Assembly (NCBI GenBank): GCA_019057475.1
Contig: DXJO01000018.1
Location: 66,348-130,347 of the forward strand
Source: Candidatus Thorarchaeota archaeon
Lineage (GTDB): Archaea; Asgardarchaeota; Thorarchaeia; Thorarchaeales; Thorarchaeaceae
Direction of reading: 5' to 3'
Length of the DNA stretch: 64,000 nt
Within the stretch, counting starts at the first letter, position 1, and every line of letters starts with the position of its first letter. Below, in pieces: positions 20,936 to 31,793 of this stretch. Below the pieces are notes generated by a model. The model was not told the DNA's origin and made no database searches. It saw only the letters and a program-made list of their open reading frames with translations. The position numbers and the translations under genes are program-made.

Positions 20936-21688
20936 CTAGTGATTTGCTTCCACTTTGAAGCTAAGTGATTCGAGCAAAGTTCGGATGTCTGCAAGGATTT
21001 GTACTCTCTGAACTTCATCTAGAAACCCCTCTATTGTAAAGCTCACGTGGATTGTCACACCCTCATCTTTTTTCCCACCTGTCTTCTTTGCACTCATGAA
21101 ACCGACTTGGATTTCTCGTGATTCTTCCGGAGCGATCTCATCTGCGGCCTCTTGGCCCAAATCAATTTGCTTATTGAAGCTCACGACATTGTCAGGGTCA
21201 ATCGAAACAATTTGAACTAGTATTAGGAGTTCAATCAGAGTTGTTGCACCCATAACTGCATTAGTCGTATCCACCGACTTTCCCGAATCCTCAACGACGC
21301 GTCTGATCACGTTCTCTCTAGTTTCCTGTTCAACGTGGAAGAGATAATCGAGTAATGGACGCCCTTCGGTCCATTCTAGAAGAAGGCTTCGCAAGATTTC
21401 ATTGAACTTCTCATCTTTTCGATAGTCAATCATCTGCGCCGCCTTCTGCCCAATATCGGTTAGACGATTCTGTTGTCCTTCTTTCCTAAGTATACCAATC
21501 TGGGTAAGGAAGGAACTCTGGTTGGATACTACCTTCGCCTTGCTTTCGAGTTTCGCATCACTACTTATTCGAGATGCCACCTCTTTGGTCGTACGTGCAC
21601 TCTCATGACCCCTAGCACGGTTCCATGCGGCAATGACATCAAGTAACCCACTCAAAGAAACACCATATGGGATTGCCATTTTGTCCAT
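20936..21688 (-). CDS. wHTH-like protein (DUF5343-like), distant relative of its two neighbours
   Basis: SFLTQIGIL...RLTDIG wing motif; similar helical layout. Confidence 0.6.
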   Translation of the reverse strand: MDKMAIPYGVSLSGLLDVIAAWNRARGHESARTTKEVASRISSDAKLESKAKVVSNQSSFLTQIGILRKEGQQNRLTDIGQKAAQMIDYRKDEKFNEILRSLLLEWTEGRPLLDYLFHVEQETRENVIRRVVEDSGKSVDTTNAVMGATTLIELLILVQIVSIDPDNVVSFNKQIDLGQEAADEIAPEESREIQVGFMSAKKTGGKKDEGVTIHVSFTIEGFLDEVQRVQILADIRTLLESLSFKVEANH

Positions 21689-22018
21689 GCTTTGCTCTCC
21701 ACCTCGTACTCCTGTTGTTCATATTCATTTTCTATGATTTCTTAATAGCATTGCGGAACTAAACGAGCCCAGATATGGCTAGTGATACAATGGCTGCATT
21801 TCTGCAATAAGCGTTTCTCTTGCAGGGCGCATGCTCCAAGTACGGTATGCTTAACTTGACTATTAATCAATTATAGTTGTAGGCCTTGACTCAAAGGTGG
21901 AATCAGGAATCTGTTTCGACCAGAAACGCATGAATATGAACATGACATGCATGGCCAATTGACTTGGATTGATACCTTCAGTGAAAAACGGCTCTGAGGT
22001 TTCAAAGTATCTGTGGAT

Positions 22019-22066
22019 GGCCAGTCACTGCTTGTATAGTTCAACTATACATCTGGAGAAGCAGAT
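22019..22066 (+). repeat. Direct repeat copy 2 with palindrome
   Basis: Matches 19847-19894. Confidence 0.8.
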
Positions 22067-22141
22067 GTAGTTCTGACCATCAGACGATGAGAGGCTCATC
22101 TTCTCGCCCACTCTTTCTTTCCAACGAAGGGAAAGTAGGGC

Positions 22142-22483
22142 CTAATCCTTCGCCTTTTCCGAGAAGTAGCCTTCCCTCGTCATTATCTCTTTTGTAGCTC
22201 TGCTGCTAGGTCCATCACCTCTGGCTACAAAGACACCAACATCCTTGCCAACCTCTTTAGCTATCTCTGCAACATCAGCGTGCCTGAACCCTGGGCAGAG
22301 GAGGATCGAATGAATACCCTCTTCTTTCACAAGATTTCTACTCACTTCGACCGCCTGAGCCTGATTTCTGACCACCCTCACATGAAGGCTGTACATGGAT
22401 GTTTCCACTTTGCATTTGTGTTTCCCTGGCTCTGCATCAGGAGCATGGGCAAGAAAGAGCACTTTGAAAGCCAAATTCATCAT
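22142..22483 (-). CDS. DUF6506-like protein
   Basis: FLAHAPDA...EGIHSILLCPGF. Confidence 0.65.
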   Translation of the reverse strand: MMNLAFKVLFLAHAPDAEPGKHKCKVETSMYSLHVRVVRNQAQAVEVSRNLVKEEGIHSILLCPGFRHADVAEIAKEVGKDVGVFVARGDGPSSRATKEIMTREGYFSEKAKD

Positions 22484-24306
22484 CTCCTCCTGTAATCTAC
22501 TCGTTCAATCCAATGGATAATGGAACTGATGATATAAAATAGTCTATGCAGCAATCCCCGATAATGGTGAGTTGTCAAAGAAACGAGTAACTTGCAGATG
22601 CAAAAGCTTGATCTCATCACATTGTGATTGTGTTTCTTATGAAGACTAACCGAATTTTCGGTCCACCCACACGACGAGCGGATCCCACGCACCATCAGGA
22701 AATTCAGCGTGTTTCGCACCTTCAGCGACATAGAACTCCTTCGAGTCCGAGGGAATCCCCTCATGACAACCAACCATTGAAGATTCACAGTAGTCACGCC
22801 AATGGAGTCTGTAGCAGCCATTAAGGGTTATTGGGCCTTGTTTCCCTTTTCCTTTCTTTTCTCTACTTGCTTGCCAGTCTAATCTTTCCCGCGATTCTGT
22901 GTCTACTGATTGCCTGGCCAGCTGTGGTTAGTGGTACTCAGCAATATGTCGGTCCTCTGCCACATCAATTCATCTTGGGGATTTTGCTTGTGTGGTCAAC
23001 CAATCGACGGCGAGAAACCTCCACCTGGAATGAATCGAAGGAAAAGGAATCATGGTGGAAGAAAGACAGGCGGACATTCTCTGAATAGTGGATAGATCGT
23101 ACGGCGTCCGAGTATCAGGCACATTGGTCAGTCAGTGGAAGGGTGAATCTTGGTGGGCAAAGCGCACAGTTACGAACGGTCAGTAAGGGTGTCTATTGGC
23201 GGGTTAGTAAGCGTGTTGTTAGAGTGATAAGTCGTGGATGGTCATGAGATTCATGGGGGTGCTCTAACAGACACGCCCTCTTCGAGGGTCTTGTGGGTTC
23301 TCGGAGCATAGACCTCCCCGGCTGGGCCATATCTACATTGGCGTTGATGCCTCGTAGTACAATGCTCGGTCTGACGGATTCTTCTTATTGGACTGACTTG
23401 ACATTTGCGAGCCCATGAAGTTTCTACCATGAGGCATAGGAAGCCGTGAGCCTTATCATGATGTGTTTGGTCGCGGGCTTCATTGTCCTCAGGGCTCGTG
23501 TGAACTCCCCATATCATGTCGCTCGAATAGCATCGACCAACATAGTTGATACTCACGCGGGACATCATTCCCTTTGGCGAGAAACAAAGAGGAAGAAGGG
23601 CAGGAAGAAGAAATGAATAAACATGCTGTACCTGCTTGAAAACTATAGCGTATGCATGCTTGTGTAGGGTATTGTAGAACTAGTGAAAAACGCGAAAACC
23701 GCGAAAAACAAATGATATATGATATCTAAAAGTCTGGTCGCGATGGGGACTACACCCTCTATCGAGAACGGACACGCGCAGACGGCCTCAGAAGATGTTA
23801 TCTCAGAGTCGCGATCACGCTACACAGCAATGTTGCTGTGTCCGCCGCGACTCGCCAAGAGTAGGACTTTATCAACTCTTCAGAAAGCGAGTCTGATAAA
23901 GCATTTTTCCGGCGGCGACAGTGTAGTCATTGGATTCGTGTCTGTGATACCCCAAGTCTTCGAGCCAGTTCTGCTTGACCCGACTTAGATGCCTTCAGGA
24001 ATTGAAAAGGCAATTGGATAGTCGTGCTTGATTAGTTTGAATAATTGCACATCAAATTTCAAATCAGCAACTCTAGCACTCAGGCTTTGAGGAAATCCAG
24101 TATCAAGCCACCATCGTTTCTTTCGTGGAAGGTCTTTGACAAGTTCAGTTTCAAGAACCTCACGAACTGGACAAGTTGCTCAGCGATGGCCTCGATGTCA
24201 GTCTAATGCATCTCTTCTATGGCTTCACACTCCTCCGTGACGACCTGTTGGAAAACGAAATAAGCAAAGAAGAGAGATAGAAAACACCGAACGGAGAATT
24301 TCAAGG

Positions 24307-25500
24307 ATGCATCAATACAACCTCCTAGCTACTGTAGATATTTCCAGAGTAGCAGACACCTTCGCCCGAAATCAACTACCTAACATAGTTCTTGTTGGAA
24401 GAGAGATTCTATTACTTGAAAGGATGCGTCGCAGTGAGAAAGATGCAACCCTCTCGAAGAAAATGATTAGTCTTCACGCAAGTCATTTGAATTTAGACCA
24501 ATTGCAATATCGACTAAGCTTGCAGGTTTTCCAGGACTTTCGAATGATTTCCTCATATGATGAATCAAAATTCCAATTAGAATACACAATATCCAAAGAA
24601 GTCTATGATTATGGCTACAAACGATTAGAAGGAATCGCTTCTGCAAGAGAACTAAGATTGGTTGATTATGTTGCTAGATCAATGAAGAAGCCCCAAGATA
24701 TGAGTGAATTGGATGAGATTATTGATACATTCGACAAAGAATTCAGAGCGGGTTTGAAAGCTTTTGTCATTGAAACAGTAATGTCCCCGATTTTTGCAAA
24801 GAAAGAAGAGTATGCTGTGTCTTCAAGAATTTTCCGTGAAAAGAAAATCTTCAAGGAAGCAATGGATATTCTAGATGCAAATGAAGTTGGGACAATAATA
24901 TCAACTCTTCAGAATAATCCTGGACTTCCTGCCCAAGAAACAGCTAAACGATTAAACCTTAAACCTTCTGATCTAGATTTACTTAGCAAATCTGGAGTAA
25001 TCGATCCTTTAAATCTCACTATCTCTGGAAACACCAAAACCTATCTTTTCGGAGCCGACCTTCTTTGTGAGAAGACCAATCAAGATCATCTTGATCTTGT
25101 AAAAATGACTCTTGCTAATTTTAGGTATGCTGAACATTACTCAATGATTGCTCGCCTTCGGAGTTTGGAGAAGTTTTTCAGCTATCTACTTGATCATGGA
25201 TACGCAGGAAGAGCAACCCCCATTTTGACGGATTATACTAATTTGGAAACAACTGGTGTTCTTAGAGTGCAGAAGCTATCTGATGGGAAAGGCAGATTCT
25301 GGCTACTAAAACGTGATGTGATTCAGGATGCGTTGGATGTAATCGAAGGTTATACCCCTTTTCACATCGGTCCCCGCGAGGAGGGTCTATCAAGATTGGA
25401 TGATGTAATTACATCTCGTATTGCTATCAAGGTGAAAGAAAGGGACACTCAGAAACGTGTAGCTGATGCAAAGCGAGAGATTGAGGAGGGTATGGTATGA
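24307..25500 (+). CDS. Hypothetical protein with an internal HTH-like segment (AT-rich)
   Basis: 397 aa; ATGA overlap with the next gene. Confidence 0.75.
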   Translation: MHQYNLLATVDISRVADTFARNQLPNIVLVGREILLLERMRRSEKDATLSKKMISLHASHLNLDQLQYRLSLQVFQDFRMISSYDESKFQLEYTISKEVYDYGYKRLEGIASARELRLVDYVARSMKKPQDMSELDEIIDTFDKEFRAGLKAFVIETVMSPIFAKKEEYAVSSRIFREKKIFKEAMDILDANEVGTIISTLQNNPGLPAQETAKRLNLKPSDLDLLSKSGVIDPLNLTISGNTKTYLFGADLLCEKTNQDHLDLVKMTLANFRYAEHYSMIARLRSLEKFFSYLLDHGYAGRATPILTDYTNLETTGVLRVQKLSDGKGRFWLLKRDVIQDALDVIEGYTPFHIGPREEGLSRLDDVITSRIAIKVKERDTQKRVADAKREIEEGMV

Positions 25501-26555
25501 AATCACACGAACTGCTACAGGCACTAAAACCAGAGTTAGAAGTAGCAGATTTGTTCAGACGGCTTGGCTATTTTACGCGAGCCCATATAGATCTCTATCC
25601 TTCCGATACTTTTAGTAAGGTTTCAGATATTGATGTTTTTGGAATCCGATTTGATGCACAACTCACCCCATCAAGAATTGTTGCTGAGGTTAAGAAAAAC
25701 GAATGTGGTACAACTAATATTCTCAAGTTACATGGATTAGGGTCATATCTAGGTCGCTGTGATTGCTACTTTATTACCGGGGGAGGGAGTACGCACTGTC
25801 GTAGGGTTGCTCGTGAACTTGACATTCGGGTCGCTTCTCGTGAGAAAATTATCAGCGTAGTTGGAAAAGCACCAAGTGGATTTATTGCATCAAATCCAAA
25901 ATCAATTGCCACTACATTCTCCCATCTCGAGGTGCTTAAGAAGAAAATTGATCGAGATCTCTATTGGCGGTATTTCTATCTCTGGCTTGAAAAAGACCCA
26001 TATCAAAGATTATACCATCAACAAGATTTGTTTGAGTCCGCTTTAGAACATTTGGAATCTGATGAAACCCAAGCAGCTGCGAAATGGTTCAGACGCGAGT
26101 TGTTTTTACTATCTCAAATCAGCATTATGGAAGTTGCATCGGATTGCGTTGGAGTCCCTGATACAATAATTAAAAGCTATATTGAAGGCAGATTCATGAA
26201 TTTAGGAACTCCAAGAAAAAGCAAGGAGAAGATTAAATCTGGAGTTGAAAAACTGCTTTCTATCATTGATGAATTAAGTGGGAATAAGATAGAGTTTCCT
26301 GAAATTGAGATATTACCTCGATATCTACCAACATTGACAAAATTAATTCAATTTGTTTTAACCTCAGCTCGTTTTGCTCAACAATATTTACTCAGAAACA
26401 ATGAACTAAACCTGCTTATGCTAGATGGAAAAGATATCGACATATCAAAAATGGTTAGCCCAGAACAGATAAAGTACATCCGCGAGTTCAATGATTTACT
26501 TGGACGAGTTATGCATAACGGACCTATCAAAGATGATTTTCGAAATTTCCTTTGA
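25497..26555 (+). CDS. N-terminal PD-(D/E)xK nuclease with a helical C-terminal domain
   Basis: E..VADLFRRLGY, SDIDVFG, AEVKK. Confidence 0.7.
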   Translation: MKSHELLQALKPELEVADLFRRLGYFTRAHIDLYPSDTFSKVSDIDVFGIRFDAQLTPSRIVAEVKKNECGTTNILKLHGLGSYLGRCDCYFITGGGSTHCRRVARELDIRVASREKIISVVGKAPSGFIASNPKSIATTFSHLEVLKKKIDRDLYWRYFYLWLEKDPYQRLYHQQDLFESALEHLESDETQAAAKWFRRELFLLSQISIMEVASDCVGVPDTIIKSYIEGRFMNLGTPRKSKEKIKSGVEKLLSIIDELSGNKIEFPEIEILPRYLPTLTKLIQFVLTSARFAQQYLLRNNELNLLMLDGKDIDISKMVSPEQIKYIREFNDLLGRVMHNGPIKDDFRNFL

Positions 26556-26582
26556 TATTGTCCCGTCAGCAATTGGGCTTGC

Positions 26583-26861
26583 AATGTAGTACTGGTTTCT
26601 GAATGCACTATAGGTAGTCCACGTCACAAGATCGGATTGATGAAGACGGCTCTATCGAGTCTTTCCAATCGTGCCAAAGGACTGAGATTTGTAGGCGTTG
26701 TATTCACAAGTAAGTCGACAAGTGATCCAGAGCGCCAAGGAGCTCTCAAAGATCATGTAATCACAAGGGATGCATCGGATATCAAGTCGCTAGTGCAAAT
26801 GGCCGCTGAAGCACCTAATCCAAGAAAGGTATATGCTTGGTTAGGACTTGACGTAGCCTGA
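26583..26861 (+). pseudogene. C-terminal remnant of a paralog of the 30321..31721 nuclease
   Basis: VLVSEC...GVVFTS...DASDIKSLVQMAAEAPNP vs ILIVEC...GIVFTS...DGNNLKQLQEIAARSPNP. Confidence 0.65.
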
Positions 26862-26916
26862 TTGGAATAACCGAGTCAAATTTAGTCTGTCCGCTGAGAT
26901 GTCAAGGAATGCAATT

Positions 26917-27701
26917 TCAATGGGTAGCATTTCTTAGTAGGTGCTCAATCCTGGAAATAAGCCCTTCATAGTCTGCTATTCTGTCCTCTGGCTCCTCCTC
27001 ATCTCCGAAGTACGCCTTCACAGTTCCTCTGATCTGTCTTTCAGCGTAATCGAGTGTTTCTTCAACGTCATTTCGAGTGGGCACTGTCACCAGTATCCAG
27101 CTGTATACCTGATCGCCTGTCTTATCAGATCGAGCACTGAGCTGAATCTCTGGCTTGAACTTCAGTACAGGACAGACCAACTTTTCTTCATCCATCTCAA
27201 GATAGCTGCCAGCTCGGATTGCCCTCAGGCCTAGCTCCCTCGCGATTTGTCGGCTCTCTCTGAACACTATGCCCTCTCTAGTCGTGGGGTCTGGAACGAA
27301 CTCAAGCGTGAACTCGCACCATGTATTTCCGAGAGATGCGCTTTCTGCCGACAACATTGCAGATATTTCCGAGTCGCCAAGCCCAGTCCAGACTAGATCT
27401 CTTCGGATATGATGACCTCTAGCACATCAGAGGTTGTGGTTCCGCCAGTTGACACTATATTGAGTCTGCATTCCTCTTGTTGAAGGCGTTCCAGTAACTC
27501 ACGAGATACTGTTTCCTTCTCGCACACGAAGATAAGGCTGCGTCTTGCAGTGACCTCTTTTTTGGTATCTCTGCCGACTAGAAACGGTCTGTCCGCTCTC
27601 TCACACACAGCCTTTGGTTTTGCCCATATGTTCAAGGTTTCGCTTTGGATTCCGTCGTAACTAAATAACACGAAGCGGACTGATGAGGGAGAATCATGCA
27701 A
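26917..27701 (-). pseudogene. Probably one frameshifted gene (weak PIN-like motifs)
   Basis: The two ORFs overlap in different frames at ~27393-27430; GLGDSEISAM and RQIARELGL motifs. Confidence 0.35.
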
Positions 27702-27719
27702 CTAGATCCTAGAGCGCGA

Positions 27720-27794
27720 AAGACATATCTGGTCATCACTGACAAGGGGCGACGTGTGGCGCAGAAGATCAGGGAGATTCAGGAGATCCTCGAG
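27720..27794 (+). repeat. Junction repeat copy 1 (segment A: wHTH gene 3' end)
   Basis: Encodes KTYLVITDKGRRVAQKIREIQEILE; near-identical to 37598-37672. Confidence 0.9.
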
Positions 27795-27864
27795 GATCCC
27801 TAGCAAACGATAACACAGAAGAAAGACGCCTGAGTGTCAATATGGGTTCTGTGGGAGTGATCAT

Positions 27865-28533
27865 GTGAAAGATACCGTCGAGATGGACTCACTCGGATTC
27901 CGTAGATGGCAGGACGAGTTAAGGCAAAGATTGTTTTCAACAGAGAAGGGAATCCGAGTCCTGCTGGCGTTTGCAGGCCTACTAGGGTTTGTAGCAAGCT
28001 CGAGCGAGTTGTGGCTGACATCTTCGCTTTCATTCTTCTCTAGAATTCCTGATTTGCCAGATGGGCTCTTGACCCCGGTCATTCTATTCTTTGTGCTCGT
28101 TATTCTCTATTGTGAGAACTGGAAAAGGATTTGTGAGCGGTGGGATTGGAAATCAGGTATTGGGTATGGTCTGATCAGTGCAGGAGGGGATGTTCTAATC
28201 ATGTGTCTGGTGACTTATGGGCTCTATCTAGGCATCGGAGAGTTGACGAGTGTGACTCTCCCCATATCATGGAAATTGTTATATCTTGCAGTCCCGCTGT
28301 CAATAGGGGAGTTCGCCTTGACCTCGATGATTTCTAACCTCTTGCAGAAAATCATCTCTCTTGAAAAGGAAATTGATGAGGCTGGTAGAAGTTTGCAGGA
28401 GTTAGGTCAACGGGCAAGTAGAATCCCTCAGGAGGATCTGCGTACTTCTGAGCGCAGCCAGATAATCCGCGATTTTGTGAAGGACACTTCAGAACAACAG
28501 GGGGGGGAAGATGATGACAAAGAATCAGGCTGA
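27865..28533 (+). CDS. Four-TM membrane protein with a C-terminal coiled coil
   Basis: Four hydrophobic segments followed by a heptad-rich tail. Confidence 0.75.
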   Translation: MKDTVEMDSLGFRRWQDELRQRLFSTEKGIRVLLAFAGLLGFVASSSELWLTSSLSFFSRIPDLPDGLLTPVILFFVLVILYCENWKRICERWDWKSGIGYGLISAGGDVLIMCLVTYGLYLGIGELTSVTLPISWKLLYLAVPLSIGEFALTSMISNLLQKIISLEKEIDEAGRSLQELGQRASRIPQEDLRTSERSQIIRDFVKDTSEQQGGEDDDKESG

Positions 28534-30028
28534 AGAAATCGAAGAAACGATTGCAAATTTGGTGCGAATGGTTGAAAAGCTGAAGAGTCAAGGCATTACG
28601 ATCCAAAGCGATGTCATGGCCAAGATCCTCTCACGTATTGAGATTCTAGAGGGCAAGTTGAGATCTCTTGATACGTCTAGCGTTGATATGCAGAAGGCGA
28701 TGGAGGAGATTCTTCCCAGGTTCGAGAAAATGGAAGTCGACTTCGGGAAATGTAGGGCCGTGTGTGAGCTAGGACAGGTGAAAAGGCCCTCGGGGAAGAC
28801 CAAGAAGCTCTTTTCGAAACTGGATAAGCTTGCGAAGAAGGGCTCCATAGCCAAGGCTATCGATCTTGCCCAGGAATATCGTATCGAGTTTAAACAAGAC
28901 CCTACTTTCTGGTACTATTTTGGGACCCTACACCTAGCCAATGACAATCCAACGGAAGCTCTCAACTTCTTCGACAAGTCGGTGAAGCTAGACCCGGAGA
29001 TGTTTGAGCCTCATTGTAGTTCTGTTATGGCATTGGCCGATCTTGACCGCCTAGACGACGCCAAATCGTACATTGTCAACTTGATAAAGAGCCATCCGAT
29101 TCCGCCCTGCCATGGATTCTATAGTTTCGTTGGAAACATCCTGTGGAGAAAGGGATCCGTTGATGATGTGAACCAGATTGTTGAGAGTGTTACTCATCCA
29201 CTGAAACCAGGCTGCACTCCATGTATCAAGGCCTTTCTGTACCTCAGTGTAAAGGAGGGGCAAAAGGCCCTTGATGCGTTGAAGGACGTCGAGGGAGTAA
29301 AATGTCCGGAATACAGACTGGTTCGTGCTGCTGCGCTAGGTAAGGCCGGACATGCTGATGACTTTGTCGCTGAGATTGAATCCGTCAAACTGAAATTCGA
29401 GATTGACCCAATGATGTACCTTGTTCTGACACAGGCCATAAAAAGCTTCGATTCGAAAAGCCAGTGTGAAACCTTGAAGACCTTTGCAATGAAGATTATG
29501 AAGAAGATCAAGTGGAGAAAGGTGCTTGAGCCAAAAGGCAGACTGTTGGAGGCCGCAGCATACAAATCCTACAATCTGCGGTGTCCTGATGTGGACTTTC
29601 GTCTTCGTTTGCTCAAAGAAGCCGCAAAGCATCACGATTGTCCAGCCCTGCGCAATAACCTGATAATCACCTTAACTGACATCGGAAAGCCCGAGGAGGC
29701 CAAGAGAACTGCCAGGGAGGCAATCCGGAAGTACCCTGAAGACAATGACCTATTGATTGGAGCGGCATGGGTTTTCTCCAAGGTTGGCGAAAGAAACCTA
29801 GCGTCAAAGGCAGTTGATGATGCGTTGAAGCGAGAGAAGATTGCAGGTGACTCTGATGACTTGGTCAGGCTTGCCGCAATAGCGAGAAATTTACAGCTTG
29901 GCTCCTATGACAGCATTGTTAGAAGTCTATACGACATCGTTGAGAAGGAGCAGCCGGAGATGCTTGAGTCTATGCGAGAGCGATTTCCGATGGGCGAAGA
30001 TGAAGACATTAAGGCGTCAGAACCATAG
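28511..30028 (+). CDS. Coiled-coil plus TPR-repeat protein, Cys-rich
   Basis: FWYYFGTLHL..EALNFFDKSVKLDP; GKPEEAKRTAREAIRKYPED. Confidence 0.8.
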   Translation: MMTKNQAEEIEETIANLVRMVEKLKSQGITIQSDVMAKILSRIEILEGKLRSLDTSSVDMQKAMEEILPRFEKMEVDFGKCRAVCELGQVKRPSGKTKKLFSKLDKLAKKGSIAKAIDLAQEYRIEFKQDPTFWYYFGTLHLANDNPTEALNFFDKSVKLDPEMFEPHCSSVMALADLDRLDDAKSYIVNLIKSHPIPPCHGFYSFVGNILWRKGSVDDVNQIVESVTHPLKPGCTPCIKAFLYLSVKEGQKALDALKDVEGVKCPEYRLVRAAALGKAGHADDFVAEIESVKLKFEIDPMMYLVLTQAIKSFDSKSQCETLKTFAMKIMKKIKWRKVLEPKGRLLEAAAYKSYNLRCPDVDFRLRLLKEAAKHHDCPALRNNLIITLTDIGKPEEAKRTAREAIRKYPEDNDLLIGAAWVFSKVGERNLASKAVDDALKREKIAGDSDDLVRLAAIARNLQLGSYDSIVRSLYDIVEKEQPEMLESMRERFPMGEDEDIKASEP

Positions 30029-30045
30029 TGACGATTAGGAATTCG

Positions 30046-30251
30046 GAAGATCAATGAGATCTAGGAAATCCTCGAGAAGGACTAGCGGATGAACCAGGTA
30101 CGAAGGCGCGTTTCAGCAGCCTCATCCATCTCGGTCTCGAGAGCCTTCTTCACTTTCCTGGAGAGGGCTTCGACATCTTTGCCCTCGGACATCGTTCGAA
30201 TGACAAGCTCATCAATAGCATTCAGAGTATCAATGCGCACCTGATTGGCAA
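30046..30251 (+). repeat. Junction repeat copy 2 (A tail plus full segment B)
   Basis: B encodes on the minus strand ANQVRIDTLNAIDELVIRTMSEGK...RLRTWFIR*; about 93% identical to 40187-40360. Confidence 0.9.
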
Positions 30252-30320
30252 AAGCTAATGAGCAACATCTTCTAGAGCTCATCGACCTTGTGCTATCAGT
30301 CTTGCAGTAGGTGTGGGTAG

Positions 30321-31721
30321 ATGAATGAATCTGAACCTCAAGTACCAGATATATCAGAAACAAACCAAGAACTGATTGATCTAATGAGTACATTCTACAA
30401 ATCCTATAGGATGCGTTGTCTGGCTGTTCTCCACGAGGATAGTTATCACAGTATTCATCTTTCAAAAACCTGGCAACCATTCGAAGTAATCGACTCTGTC
30501 ATGGGAGAGTACAAAACCAACTCTTTGTTATTCATCGAGATGGAAGTTAATCGAAGGAACGATGAGCCGAGAAGCATCTTTGCAGAATCCAAGATTGAAA
30601 TTGGGTCCCATGAAATATCACTCAAAACCTCAGGACACCCTCAGACGCTTCGAATTGACCAGCTGTATCGAAATTCAAGAGTAGCTGCAGTAGGATATCT
30701 CTGTGAGTCACCAGGAATCGTATTGAAAACAACGGAATCTCTCCCGCCCTCATTGAAGGATACAACAGAGAGAATAGATGAGGAAATAAGATACCATCCA
30801 ACAGTGCCTTTTCAGAACCTAGAGCACTTTCTTCGCGGCTTGGGCATATATGGAACAAGGGATCTTAAACAATCGGGCGTTGATGAGTACATACCATTTT
30901 GGGCATGGATTGATGAAATGGAGGTTGAAGGAATGAGAGTGAATGTCAGATTCAAATATCATTCCAGCATGGAACCTAGACTTGCCGCCTATCTCTCAAT
31001 TGAAACAGTGGATGGTCATCTTGAAACACAAGAAAAGGGCATCACAGGATTAGAGAGAGAGGAGATTGATCGAGGTATTGTTGTTGCAGCAGGAACATAC
31101 ATGCTACCCACGACCAATTCGCCAGCAGCCACCGCACGGATTGCTTTGGCAATTGACAAGAAATACTCGTTGCACTATGATAGTCAAGAGATAAGTCCAC
31201 CAAAATTGGATTTGTGGTCCATAATACATCGACTCGAGAAGAAAGAGGGACGACTTCTTCAAATGTTAGAGGGGGAAACTGGTCAAGTTAATGTTGACAA
31301 ACTTGAATTCAGTGTGGGGATACTTTTGGCAAGTTTAGGATTCAGGACTCTATACACAGGTAGAATTCTGGAACCTGGTCCTGACCTTCTCGCGATAGCT
31401 CCTAATGATAAAGACATACTTATTGTGGAATGTGGACGGGAGAAAATTGAGCAAAAACTGTCTGTTTGTGCAGAGAGAGTTGACGAATTTGGGAGGGAAT
31501 TTTCTCAATACAAATATACTGGAATCGTTTTCACATCCTCTATAGTCCCTGATCAAAGAAGATCGAAGCTAATGACTCCTGGAGTTGTCCTACTAGATGG
31601 AAATAATCTAAAGCAGCTACAGGAGATAGCAGCAAGAAGTCCCAATCCTGCGGCCATACTTAACACTCTCCTCCGAGCTAGAGGTACTGGATGGCCTGTT
31701 TCTTTTGAGAGTAAATGGTGA
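30321..31721 (+). CDS. Hypothetical protein with a C-terminal Mrr-like PD-(D/E)xK-type domain
   Basis: LEFSVGILLASLGF...GPDLLA...IVEC. Confidence 0.7.
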   Translation: MNESEPQVPDISETNQELIDLMSTFYKSYRMRCLAVLHEDSYHSIHLSKTWQPFEVIDSVMGEYKTNSLLFIEMEVNRRNDEPRSIFAESKIEIGSHEISLKTSGHPQTLRIDQLYRNSRVAAVGYLCESPGIVLKTTESLPPSLKDTTERIDEEIRYHPTVPFQNLEHFLRGLGIYGTRDLKQSGVDEYIPFWAWIDEMEVEGMRVNVRFKYHSSMEPRLAAYLSIETVDGHLETQEKGITGLEREEIDRGIVVAAGTYMLPTTNSPAATARIALAIDKKYSLHYDSQEISPPKLDLWSIIHRLEKKEGRLLQMLEGETGQVNVDKLEFSVGILLASLGFRTLYTGRILEPGPDLLAIAPNDKDILIVECGREKIEQKLSVCAERVDEFGREFSQYKYTGIVFTSSIVPDQRRSKLMTPGVVLLDGNNLKQLQEIAARSPNPAAILNTLLRARGTGWPVSFESKW

Positions 31722-31793
31722 TTAGAGACACCTTCGAGAAACTTGGGTAGAGAAAAAGTTGTTCGAGTGCGCGCGAAAAGCGGAGGAATTGAA

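Noticed and set aside
22480-24250. Short ORFs as functional genes
   Set aside because: No motifs and multiple stops; they look like decayed fragments.
30082-30480. 132-aa minus-strand ORF as a real gene
   Set aside because: Only its last ~55 codons (repeat B) look coding; the rest largely overlaps the 466-aa plus-strand gene.
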